DNA of 64,000 nt. Origin: Holosporaceae bacterium UBA7879 (GTDB taxonomy: Bacteria > Pseudomonadota > Alphaproteobacteria > UBA7879). The position numbers and the translations under genes are program-made. Positions within the stretch are counted from its first letter, which is position 1. Each line of letters begins with the position of its first letter. The stretch spans positions 42,019 to 106,018 of the forward strand of contig DLRV01000011.1 in assembly GCA_002500565.1 (NCBI GenBank), read 5' to 3'. The notes under the pieces were generated by a model. The model was not told the DNA's origin. It did no database searches and saw only the letters and a list, made by a program, of their open reading frames with translations. Shown in pieces: positions 38,214-47,191 of this stretch.

Positions 38214-39698
38214 TTATTGATTTGTTGCAGCTTTTTCCTCAAAAGCTTTATAGAGGCTATGATAAAGGCTTTCTCGACCATTATCTCTACCATGCTTATG
38301 AAGTTCTTTTATCCATCTAGCGTCCTTATTTTCTTCCTGCATAATCAAATCACAAATGCTATTAACAGCGTAGTTGAAATCATCTGTGTGAGGAATTCTC
38401 AAAGACTCTGAATCAGTATCAATGCCAATCTTTTCAGAAGCAAGTTTTAAAACAGCGCTCAACCGAGGTCTCAGAGCTATAGTTATGATTTTCACCTCAC
38501 CTGGCTGTGTTGTCAAAACTCTACCTTCTCCCTCTTGTTGATCCAAACCAACAGCTGCGCTTGCTGCTGCAGCATGCGCCGACTGAAGCTCTCTGCTCTG
38601 AGCAGACCCTCTAGTGAGCCGCTCTAGATGGGCCAAACGAGCTTCTCTTTCTGACAGATGTCCACCACCTAATCGCTGCGACCCTACTTTTGGAGCTGGA
38701 ATAAACCATTTTATTGTTTTATCAGGTTGACGAGGCTCCGCCATTCTTTCCAAAAGAGCACTACCAGCTGCCTGAGCTGCAACCGTAGCCGCTGCTGCAG
38801 CAGGTTGAGCAGCTTGGTCAGCCTCCATTTGTCGCTCAACTTCTGCACGCATTGCTTTAATGTCTTTTAAAGTTTTTGCAAATTGTTCTTGTCTTTCCGG
38901 GGTGATAGCAGAATCATTCTCTCCCGCCGCTGCCAGCACGACACCTTCTCTCGGTGGAAAGGATCTTCTGCGTGAATCCATTGGAGGCGTTCCGGGTAAA
39001 TCATATCCCTCAGCTGCCGAAGCACCAGCCGCCGGAGCAGCCGCACTATCCTGGCCCACAAAAGATTCTTCTATAATGTCTCTAACCCAATCAACACAAG
39101 CTGCTTGATCTGTTTCAAAAGACTTTTTTAAAATTTTATAAGTATCATCAGAACCTGGATATTTATCTATGGAAACTCTCTGAAACTCATTTGCCAAAAA
39201 ATAGTTAGCTAGGAGCTCAATGGAAGATTCATATTTTTCATGACCTGAATTTTGAAGACTCTTTCTACTTATAGCGCCCTCTTCTATCATGCAATTAATG
39301 AATGCTACACCTGCATCTTCCTGTGTCATTATGGGCTTAACAGTACGGCTATTAATTGCATACAGGTCACCTTCTGTCAATGCAGCAGGTGTAGCCGCAG
39401 CTGCAGCTGTCCCTACAACTTCTGCAAGTGATACCTTTAGAGCTTCTTCCAGGCCTTCATCTCCTGCAGCAGCACCATAACTAGATGCAGCTGGTGTAGC
39501 CGCAGCTGCAGCCGGAGCCGCAGCCCCCACAGCACCTGAACGTGATAAATTCACAGTTTCTTCAATTTGTAGGCGTAATGCCAAATCCCAGTCACCTTCT
39601 TCACCAGCTTTATTTCCTACAGGATCTATATCAGCTGAAAATAAATTAAATGCCGTAACGCTCATAAGCATGGCTGTGATTGAGGTTAATTTTCTCAT
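38214..39698 (-). CDS. secreted Ala-rich hypothetical protein (effector candidate)
   Basis: 494 aa; signal peptide (ITAMLMSVTAFNLFSA); several poly-Ala/AAAAT segments; no catalytic motif recognised. Confidence 0.4.
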   Translation of the reverse strand: MRKLTSITAMLMSVTAFNLFSADIDPVGNKAGEEGDWDLALRLQIEETVNLSRSGAVGAAAPAAAAATPAASSYGAAAGDEGLEEALKVSLAEVVGTAAAAATPAALTEGDLYAINSRTVKPIMTQEDAGVAFINCMIEEGAISRKSLQNSGHEKYESSIELLANYFLANEFQRVSIDKYPGSDDTYKILKKSFETDQAACVDWVRDIIEESFVGQDSAAAPAAGASAAEGYDLPGTPPMDSRRRSFPPREGVVLAAAGENDSAITPERQEQFAKTLKDIKAMRAEVERQMEADQAAQPAAAAATVAAQAAGSALLERMAEPRQPDKTIKWFIPAPKVGSQRLGGGHLSEREARLAHLERLTRGSAQSRELQSAHAAAASAAVGLDQQEGEGRVLTTQPGEVKIITIALRPRLSAVLKLASEKIGIDTDSESLRIPHTDDFNYAVNSICDLIMQEENKDARWIKELHKHGRDNGRESLYHSLYKAFEEKAATNQ

Positions 39699-39879
39699 TT
39701 GAATACCTTTTCTATTTATTGCTAATACTTAGTTAATGGTGTTAAAAAAATCAAGTTTCAAACATTAAATAATTACAAACTATTTGTTTTTCCTTGTTTT
39801 TTACATGAAGGCTTTTTTCAGCCTCTTGAATAATTTCCCGCCCTTTATATAGGGCAAAAAATAGGGCGAAAAATAGGAT

Positions 39880-39955
39880 AAAAAACCAGTCATTGCGAGA
39901 AGCAGCGCGACTGTGGCAATCTCCTACAACAACATGAGAATCTCCTCACCAGCGC
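39880..39955. repeat. palindromic MITE-like repeat unit
   Basis: CCAGTCATTGCGAGAAGCAGCGCGACTGTGGCAATCTCC. Confidence 0.65.
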
Positions 39956-39960
39956 CACAT

Positions 39961-42138
39961 TTATTTCAAATGCGGCCATTCCCTTTTACTTTTAGTGCTT
40001 TTATCGCGGCCATATCCTCGATCCATTTGTATGGCATGCTTCAACCTTCCTTCTGACATAAGAAAAGGGCTGTTTTTAATCATTTCTTGATACTCGGTAC
40101 TCTTTTCAACACGCGCTTTTAATGCGTCTAGGGTTATATTTTTGCCTTTTTCCGTTTTGTATTCGTCACACAATTTTTTTAACAAGGCCCACATTTTATT
40201 TAATTTATTCTGACGGTCTGTTCGTCCGGCTTGATATTTTTCACTGGATAGAAAAAATCCATTGTGAACTCTCAATTTATATTTTGCGCCCTTGTTTTTA
40301 TTAATGATTTTAACAGCTTCTATATTTGTTATATACTCACCCGTTTCTTTATAAACTTGATCAATTGTTGAAAAAATTTCAGCAATAACCTGTTGTTTTT
40401 TATGGTCACGATCATCTTGCGTTTCAATAAATTTTCTTAATTGACCTTGGTCTAATTTGTCTACTATCCATTTAATACGTTTAAACAGAGATTCATTTGT
40501 TAGAGAGGAGACGTCAACCTTACAAAAAAACAAAGATTTATTCTCACGCAGATATACGGATAGCCTATTTACAAGCTTATGAAGTGACATTTTCTTTTTC
40601 TTATTGTCTTTCCATATCTGTTCCATCGCTATCCATAGCTGCTTGATGTTTTCACCCTCATGCGCATCATCAAACAAACCAGGCTGGCGTTTAGTCTTTT
40701 TGGCTTCTAGGCTTTCTTTATCTGGATCTCCTTCATCAAGAGCTGATCCAGCAGAACGCCTTTTTGCTGTTTCTTTTTTACGCATGTCAGAGTTCATAGC
40801 AGCAGCCCCAGAAGCTGTCGCGCCTGCAGCAGCTGCCGCCGCACCATCTCCGTCACCGCTAAGATTAGCTTGCCCAAAAGCAGGCGGCACATCGCCATCA
40901 CTGCTATCCCCCTCATCTGATTCGTCTGACTCACTAGAGGACTGATCCTCATCCGTTTCCATACCACCACCGGGGCTCATGGCAGGGCTTGCCTGCCCAC
41001 TGTCCCCGTCAGCGTCACTATCACCACTCTCATCTGCATCAGAATCCGCTGCTTCAACTCCGCCTGCTTGGCCATCTTCTGGCATACCGCTAACAGCTGC
41101 TTGAACTTGTTGTGCCAAATCTCCATATCCGCGCTCACGCGCTTCTTTAGATCTGGCTTTTGTTACATCTCTCACGCCTACAGGGCTTAGGCTATCTTGG
41201 TCTTCTTGTTCCTCGTGTTCTTCTTGGTCATCTTCCCCATCATCTGCAGCGCCCTGCACCATTGCTTCAGCAAAATCTCCTTGCCCTGCGTGTTGTTGCA
41301 AAAAATTAACCAGTTGAGGTGGCGCATGCTCAACGTGCTCCACCTCCTTATACTGTTCAAAAAGAACCTTCTTTTGCTCTGCTGCTACTTCATCAGAAAT
41401 ACCATCTGGCCGATGCCCCCAATGCAATAAAACCGCTTTGATCAAGGGAATTATCTTAGACCGCGAGTACTTCTCTTGAAGAACAGTTACCAACTTCCAT
41501 GCATTTTGTTTTTCAAAACCAGTTGGCTCCAAACCATAGGCATTCATCTCAGCCACGTTATAAACATAGCTTTTAAGTAAATTGGGAAAGAGCCGTTTAT
41601 CTGCATTATTCAACACCTGCAAACCATTCATTTCTTCTATTTGCTCCCAAATTAAAGCACGAATATTGCGTGCGAAGATAATAAAAGATTGGCCCAAGAT
41701 AATATCCTCACCAGCGGGATAAAATCGCATCATCGACAACATGTTGGACACACTCACTAAAGCTGAGTTTATTTTATGTCTGCGCACATCTTCTGAATCA
41801 TGGTTACCCAAACCAATATAATATTCATCCGTCAAGCGACGCTTTAGTAAATTAAACACGGCTTGCATCGCTGCTATATTATGATCATTTACATCACCTA
41901 ATCCAGGCACACGATCAGCGGCTCTAAGGGAACACATTGCAATAAATCTTTTGAACGCCTTTGCAGCCTCTGAACGATCTACGGGGTTTTCTGGATGAAA
42001 TTTATTTTCATACGCTTGCACCAGCCCTGGACCATGTTCTTTATCCAGTAAATCCTGGCCTCTAATAACAGGTAAAACAGCCTTTATAGATGGCGTTAAT
42101 TGAAAAGCAACCAGCAAACAAGCAATAATTTTTTTCAT
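39961..42138 (-). CDS. secreted protein with central poly-acidic (D/E/S) region (effector candidate)
   Basis: 725 aa; signal peptide (IIACLLVAFQLTPSIKA); N-terminal ~300-aa domain with GLGDVNDHN...GLGNHD reminiscent of metallophosphoesterase motifs II/III; ~150-aa D/E/S/G-rich acidic tract; Lys-rich C-terminal domain. Confidence 0.4.
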   Translation of the reverse strand: MKKIIACLLVAFQLTPSIKAVLPVIRGQDLLDKEHGPGLVQAYENKFHPENPVDRSEAAKAFKRFIAMCSLRAADRVPGLGDVNDHNIAAMQAVFNLLKRRLTDEYYIGLGNHDSEDVRRHKINSALVSVSNMLSMMRFYPAGEDIILGQSFIIFARNIRALIWEQIEEMNGLQVLNNADKRLFPNLLKSYVYNVAEMNAYGLEPTGFEKQNAWKLVTVLQEKYSRSKIIPLIKAVLLHWGHRPDGISDEVAAEQKKVLFEQYKEVEHVEHAPPQLVNFLQQHAGQGDFAEAMVQGAADDGEDDQEEHEEQEDQDSLSPVGVRDVTKARSKEARERGYGDLAQQVQAAVSGMPEDGQAGGVEAADSDADESGDSDADGDSGQASPAMSPGGGMETDEDQSSSESDESDEGDSSDGDVPPAFGQANLSGDGDGAAAAAAGATASGAAAMNSDMRKKETAKRRSAGSALDEGDPDKESLEAKKTKRQPGLFDDAHEGENIKQLWIAMEQIWKDNKKKKMSLHKLVNRLSVYLRENKSLFFCKVDVSSLTNESLFKRIKWIVDKLDQGQLRKFIETQDDRDHKKQQVIAEIFSTIDQVYKETGEYITNIEAVKIINKNKGAKYKLRVHNGFFLSSEKYQAGRTDRQNKLNKMWALLKKLCDEYKTEKGKNITLDALKARVEKSTEYQEMIKNSPFLMSEGRLKHAIQMDRGYGRDKSTKSKREWPHLK

Positions 42139-42199
42139 AAGTTTAAACTAATTTTTCTTTGATATGGATACAAATGAATATTTTTCAACACGGCGTTAA

Positions 42200-42370
42200 A
42201 AAAACGTGTGATTAAAAACCAGCCATTGCGAGGCGGCGCGTAACTCCAACGTGGCAATTTCTTACCCCAAAAACAGTCATTGCGAGGCGGAGCGCACCTC
42301 CAACGTGGCAATCTCTCTTGCCACAAAAAACTCCGTCATCATGAGGAGTCCAGCGGCCGACGTGACTCTC
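42200..42370. repeat. palindromic MITE-like repeat units (3 units)
   Basis: two CCAGYCATTGCGAGGCGG(A/C)GCG...CCAACGTGGCAATYTC units and one GTCATCATGAGGAG...CGACGTGA unit. Confidence 0.7.
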
Positions 42371-42581
42371 CAACTGAAAGACCCCAAAAAAGACCAAAAG
42401 CTGTCTCTGCCTAATGGATTAACTGCAGAAGACTTTGATTTTGTTGAAGCTTTACGTAAAATATATCCCAGACCATCCATGGCTGAAACTTTAGATTTGG
42501 CAAGGCTCACAGCATGCTGAGTTGACTTTAACATAGAAACGTGTCAAATTTTCATATGATAAATTAACCAGGGAATATAAC

Positions 42582-43442
42582 ATGTCACACAATCCTTTTT
42601 CAGCTCATCGCGTTGTTTTTGGCGCTTTTTTTGATAGTTTTCGTAATATCGGCACCAGCATTCGTTTAAGCTTAGCACCGCTGGCACTTATCATTGCAAT
42701 GGCCTTAACCGTTGCCCATGTAACAGACAGCAGCTTGGCCGTATGGGCATTCATGATCCCCCTCCTTTTCATCATGTACTTTACGTTTCCAATCACATCT
42801 ATTCACTTTGCCAATAATGGTGAAACTGGCAATAATATTACAGGTCACACCACCAAAGGAATTGGTCGTTATTTCCTGGCACTGTTAGGATATATTCTTA
42901 TTGCAGTTCTGGCTCTGGGCGTTGTTGCTGCATTTGATTTTTTGCTAGCAAAACTATCACTTAATCCAAATTCTTTTTTATGGTCACTTATCGCAAACAT
43001 TTTTACTTTTTACGTTATGATGCGAATAGCTCCAATCCAATGCTTCGCTATTATCTCTAATACATCCTCAATTAAGTACACCCTGCGCCACACCCGCCAT
43101 CGCGTTTGGTTTATTTTCCGTAGTCAGATTTTTGGTGTGCTTTGTGTGCTTTTATTAATGGCACTTATTGTTTTGCCATCAATCATAACGCTTAGGTCTG
43201 TTATTTCTGCTGATTTCTGGGCCACTCTATCCGTTCAACCAGGTCAACCCGTCATGCTACATGAGCAAATTAACATGGCCATGTCAGTTTTATCTCGTGA
43301 CATCATGATGAATGCATCACAATTTTTACTTATTGCTAACGTACTTTGGGTTGTTCTTATGTACATGTTTATGTTGTTTACAGCTTTGATGATCAACACC
43401 CGCATTGCCCAGGTTCTAAAAGACAACCCGTCGCAAAAATAA
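42582..43442 (+). CDS. polytopic inner-membrane protein (hypothetical)
   Basis: 286 aa; about 6 hydrophobic helices. Confidence 0.4.
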   Translation: MSHNPFSAHRVVFGAFFDSFRNIGTSIRLSLAPLALIIAMALTVAHVTDSSLAVWAFMIPLLFIMYFTFPITSIHFANNGETGNNITGHTTKGIGRYFLALLGYILIAVLALGVVAAFDFLLAKLSLNPNSFLWSLIANIFTFYVMMRIAPIQCFAIISNTSSIKYTLRHTRHRVWFIFRSQIFGVLCVLLLMALIVLPSIITLRSVISADFWATLSVQPGQPVMLHEQINMAMSVLSRDIMMNASQFLLIANVLWVVLMYMFMLFTALMINTRIAQVLKDNPSQK

Positions 43443-43504
43443 ATCAATAAAGGCCGCCGGCTTTGGTGGCTGGCGGTTATATTCAAAAATGAAGTGAGTT
43501 AAAC

Positions 43505-44536
43505 ATGACGAAAAGCGCTCAAACCACTCCCCAAACAACCTTTGGTATTTTCTGGGCCAGCCTGTTTTCACCTCTCACTCATTTTATAACGTTTTTGCGT
43601 TTCTGCTCTGTGCCTATTTTTTATCAGCTGGTTTTTGGTGTTGCCATGGGGTTCGTTGCACCATATGTGCCAGCCTTTCTATACTTCTTCATACTTATGC
43701 TTGGCCAAGCTTTCCTGTTCTTATTCTTTGATACATTATTTGATGTTTCTGTCAGCCGTTTGTGTGATGGCCAGGCAAAGGGCACAGGCATCTCAAAGCT
43801 TTCGTTTTATGGCTGTGGTTGGCGTACATTTTTTGTCAACGTTAAGCTGATTCTTATTTTTCTGCCTGCCTTCATATTGTTAGCTGCTTTTGTTTTGCAC
43901 AGCTTGGGATCTTTCCATCAGCCTGTATCGGCAGCTGTTCAACAATACTTTTATGATGCCTCAGTCATGCCGCCAACTTTGCGCGCCCTGGTTGAACGCA
44001 CACTTATTAATCTTGGCGTTGCCGTATTTTTTATTATGGCGATTGCGCTTTATTTTTACAGCCGTTTCAGCGTTGCCGAGCCTGCGGCAGCCCTTGGCGA
44101 GAACCCTCACCTAAGCACTGCATGGCACACAACCCATGCTAACAAAACCTTACTCTACAAAATTCATTGGCTATTATTTCCTCTTTACATCCTGGTTTCC
44201 TGGTCTGGAGAAATCACAAAACCCACACCTTTACCAACAACCAATAACGCCAAACAACCAATTCAAGTTGCCGCATCAGAGACAGTCGAAACGACAGCAA
44301 ACGGACAATCTAGTGCTTTTTCTATAGAATATAAAATGCCAAAAAACTATGATTTAAATGGCGCCTCAAAAACAACACCAGCACAAACCACTTCGGTCAA
44401 AAGCCTTTTTAGCCGCGGCGCGTTAATGAATTTATTATTGGGCGGCGCTTCACTATTGATTGGCTATCTATTTTCTTTCATTTCCGGCTTTGCTGTAACG
44501 CTTGGGTACCGGAAACTGTCACCACGGAAGAAATAA
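43505..44536 (+). CDS. polytopic inner-membrane protein (hypothetical, possible paralogue of preceding gene)
   Basis: 343 aa; similar N-terminal architecture (F-rich amphipathic start then TM helices) to 42582..43442. Confidence 0.4.
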   Translation: MTKSAQTTPQTTFGIFWASLFSPLTHFITFLRFCSVPIFYQLVFGVAMGFVAPYVPAFLYFFILMLGQAFLFLFFDTLFDVSVSRLCDGQAKGTGISKLSFYGCGWRTFFVNVKLILIFLPAFILLAAFVLHSLGSFHQPVSAAVQQYFYDASVMPPTLRALVERTLINLGVAVFFIMAIALYFYSRFSVAEPAAALGENPHLSTAWHTTHANKTLLYKIHWLLFPLYILVSWSGEITKPTPLPTTNNAKQPIQVAASETVETTANGQSSAFSIEYKMPKNYDLNGASKTTPAQTTSVKSLFSRGALMNLLLGGASLLIGYLFSFISGFAVTLGYRKLSPRKK

Positions 44537-44569
44537 GGTTAACAATCAATCATTCTCTGAAGAGTGTTT

Positions 44570-44950
44570 ACATCTCACCCGTCATTAGGCGGGTGTCTCA
44601 TGCCTTTACCAGTCATTGCGAAGCGGAGCGCAGCCCAAAACCCGTCATTCTGAGCGGATTTTTAATCCGCGTGAGAATCTGATTTCGCCCAATCGTCATC
44701 ATGAGGAGCTACCTTGTAGCGACGTGATGATCTCTTTCTATTTCACTTAGATCCTCACGCTCTCTTCCCTCGCTCAGGATGACCGGTAAAAGGGGAAGCG
44801 TCATCATGAGGAGGCGTTCACGCCGACGTGATGATCTCATCTGCCTTTAACAAGACCCTCGCGTCAAAATTGCATTTCTCCTCAGGGTGACGGGTAAATA
44901 GAAACCCATCATTCTGAGCGGATTTTTAAATCCGCGTGAGAATCTCCCTT
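44570..44950. repeat. large cluster of palindromic MITE-like repeat units (at least 8 units)
   Basis: all unit types present: CACCCGTCATTAGGCGGGTG, GTCATTGCGAAGCGGAGCG, GTCATTCTGAGCGGATTTTTAATCCGCGTGAGAATCT (twice), GTCATCATGAGGAG...CGACGTGATGATCTC (twice), CCTCAGGGTGACGGGTAAATAGAAA. Confidence 0.75.
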
Positions 44951-44958
44951 AAAGCTTA

Positions 44959-46377
44959 CTAAATAGCAGCTGGTCTTAGCAGCCCCCTGTAACATTCTCC
45001 AAAAAGCTCCATCAAGCTTTCCAACTGATCAGCTGGTACATAAACCCTTTGCAAATTTGTAAAAAAATATTGTGGAAACATTATAAATCTTTCTGATACT
45101 GACAAACTTAAGTATAGAATTTGTAGGAATTTAGTCTCATCCAATAAACGAACCCCAACATGCGTCAATGCTGGCGCATATAGGTGCAGGACTTGTAGGG
45201 AGTAATTCATACTCAAAAATGCATTCCCAACACTCGTCAATGCTGGTACATAGAGATGCATAGTTTGTAGATCGCGGGGGCCACTCAGGACATTATGCCC
45301 ACAACGCGTTAATGCTGGCATATATAGATGCAAAGTTTGCAGATTGAGGTTGCTAGAAAAGAAATAATCCCCAATTGTTTGCACGCTCTCATCAGCATTG
45401 GTTAGTACCAAGTTACGCAGACGATTGGGGAGATCTGCTCTGCCCCGCATGGTAAACACTGGGCCCGCAGCATCAATATCTATAACAACTGTTGGTTGTG
45501 GACCCTCAGCATTTTCTGGCAATAAGCGATTGATATCATCTTTTAATCCAGCCAGCTGGCTGTGTTGAACAACCCAGTAAGAGTCTGTATCAATCGCTTC
45601 CGTTTCAGCGGTGATTTCTTGGTAGTTTGTATCAAGAAACGTCTGCAATCCATTGTGCCCACGTGGGTTCCAAACCCGATCACGGAAAGCTTGCATCCAC
45701 TCTTTTTTCTTGTCTTCAGTGGTATAGTAAACTTCATAGCCAAAAAACTGATGCTGCAATGCGGCTTTTTGCACAAACGTTAAATCTTGTGCATCCTCAC
45801 CCAACGCCTGCAGAATAAGCCTGTACATGTTCTCATGCTGCATGCTCTCACTTTTACTTGCAATGCTCATCGCCATCTCACTGTTGTTTTTTATGGCAAG
45901 AAGCTCATAGCTTCCCAGAGCAGCCTTTAAAATACCTTTTCTCTCTTCTGGTAGATAGCGACGAGATAAAACTTGTTTTAAATCGACTGAAATTCTCTCC
46001 AAGTGAAAAACAGGCAATCCCATATCAGGCAATGCCTTACCCGTTGGATCTTTAGGCCCACCACTCTCTTGATACAGAGCTTTCTTCAGGTGATGAATAC
46101 GTGCATCACCAACCATTCTTGTCATTTGTCTTGAAGCTTCAGCCAACCGCACTGCCGACGTAGGATCCAGAAAGGGCACGATACGATCAATAACCTCTTG
46201 TGGCAGATTCGCTAACGTTGGAGGAGAATCTGATGCTTGCGGCGATGCCGCTGCCGCAGCGGCAGGCTCAGTCTCTTCAGCTTCATCGTTTGGGCCTACG
46301 GCCTGCACCGAGGTGCTCATCATGCCAAGAACCAATGCTATGCCAAGCCATAGCTGTAAAATCTTTTTCATAATCAC
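44959..46377 (-). CDS. secreted leucine-rich-repeat protein (BspA/LRR_5-like; effector candidate)
   Basis: 472 aa; signal peptide (LQLWLGIALVLGMMSTSVQA); C-terminal ~22-aa repeats LQTLHLYMPALTRCGHNVLSGP / LQTMHLYVPALTSVGNAFLSMN / LQVLHLYAPALTHVGVRLLDET. Confidence 0.55.
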   Translation of the reverse strand: MIMKKILQLWLGIALVLGMMSTSVQAVGPNDEAEETEPAAAAAASPQASDSPPTLANLPQEVIDRIVPFLDPTSAVRLAEASRQMTRMVGDARIHHLKKALYQESGGPKDPTGKALPDMGLPVFHLERISVDLKQVLSRRYLPEERKGILKAALGSYELLAIKNNSEMAMSIASKSESMQHENMYRLILQALGEDAQDLTFVQKAALQHQFFGYEVYYTTEDKKKEWMQAFRDRVWNPRGHNGLQTFLDTNYQEITAETEAIDTDSYWVVQHSQLAGLKDDINRLLPENAEGPQPTVVIDIDAAGPVFTMRGRADLPNRLRNLVLTNADESVQTIGDYFFSSNLNLQTLHLYMPALTRCGHNVLSGPRDLQTMHLYVPALTSVGNAFLSMNYSLQVLHLYAPALTHVGVRLLDETKFLQILYLSLSVSERFIMFPQYFFTNLQRVYVPADQLESLMELFGECYRGLLRPAAI

Positions 46378-46509
46378 GATCCTTATCTTGAGGATTAACT
46401 TTATTTTAATAACTTTGTATACCCCTCGGCATAAAAGTTAAATAAGATTAAAAAAAAATTTTTCAAGAGGGGGATTAAGAATCAGCTCTACTCTAAGTTC
46501 AGATAATCT

Positions 46510-46875
46510 TCACACACATATTCCCCTAAATTCAACACGGTAACCAATCACATCGTTTTTAATGGTTGCCACCTCAATAGCAGCGCCAACAAGAAAGTGC
46601 ATTTGGCTCTCTTCAATATCCAAAACTGTATTAGACAGCTCCTCCAATCGCTCCAGAACTTCCTGAATTTGCAATGTATGCGCAACGTCACACCACACAG
46701 TTAAGTTAGCCTCTATGATTTTGTATCCCTCGTAATCACCTTTGCCAACAGTCGCCTGTTTCATTTCTAAAATTCCATAGGGGCGTTTTATTTTTTGTGG
46801 TACGTGTAAATAAACTGGAATTGGCAAACGCTCCGTTAAAACCTGCTTAAGTCTCGATAAAGTTTGCAACATCAT
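46510..46875 (-). CDS. phage/GTA head-tail joining (tail-completion, g8/DUF3168-like) protein
   Basis: 121 aa; position after g6/g7-like genes in an HK97/GTA-type head module. Confidence 0.4.
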   Translation of the reverse strand: MMLQTLSRLKQVLTERLPIPVYLHVPQKIKRPYGILEMKQATVGKGDYEGYKIIEANLTVWCDVAHTLQIQEVLERLEELSNTVLDIEESQMHFLVGAAIEVATIKNDVIGYRVEFRGICV

Positions 46876-47191
46876 ATGTTACCTCCTTCATCACAAAATA
46901 CAGCCAAGGGCTGGTCGCATCCTTTACGGGTTCTGAGGCCAACTCAAAAAACCGATCTTGCCATTTAACCAAATAGTCACTTTCCAATGGGTGCCCTGCG
47001 TCCATCCAAACCTTATAAAGCGCTTTCAGTTGCTTTTGATCAGCGCTATAGACCACACGTTCTTGACTCGGCCTAATGGCCCGAACCGCCGCCCATGAAT
47101 TAAAAACCGCTATCAGCTCTTGTCTACCATGGTCAACATGCACAGCTGTAATGGGCTCAACCAAATCAAAAGGCGTAATATGTATTTTCAT
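46847..47191 (-). CDS. phage/GTA head-tail adaptor (g7-like)
   Basis: 114 aa; size and position typical of head closure/adaptor protein downstream of gp6-like connector. Confidence 0.45.
   Translation of the reverse strand: MKIHITPFDLVEPITAVHVDHGRQELIAVFNSWAAVRAIRPSQERVVYSADQKQLKALYKVWMDAGHPLESDYLVKWQDRFFELASEPVKDATSPWLYFVMKEVTYDVANFIET

Noticed and set aside
42251-42520. 89-aa ORF on the plus strand
   Set aside because: Its N-terminal two thirds are translated MITE-like repeat units (..AISLATKNSVIMRSPAADV..); most likely non-coding.
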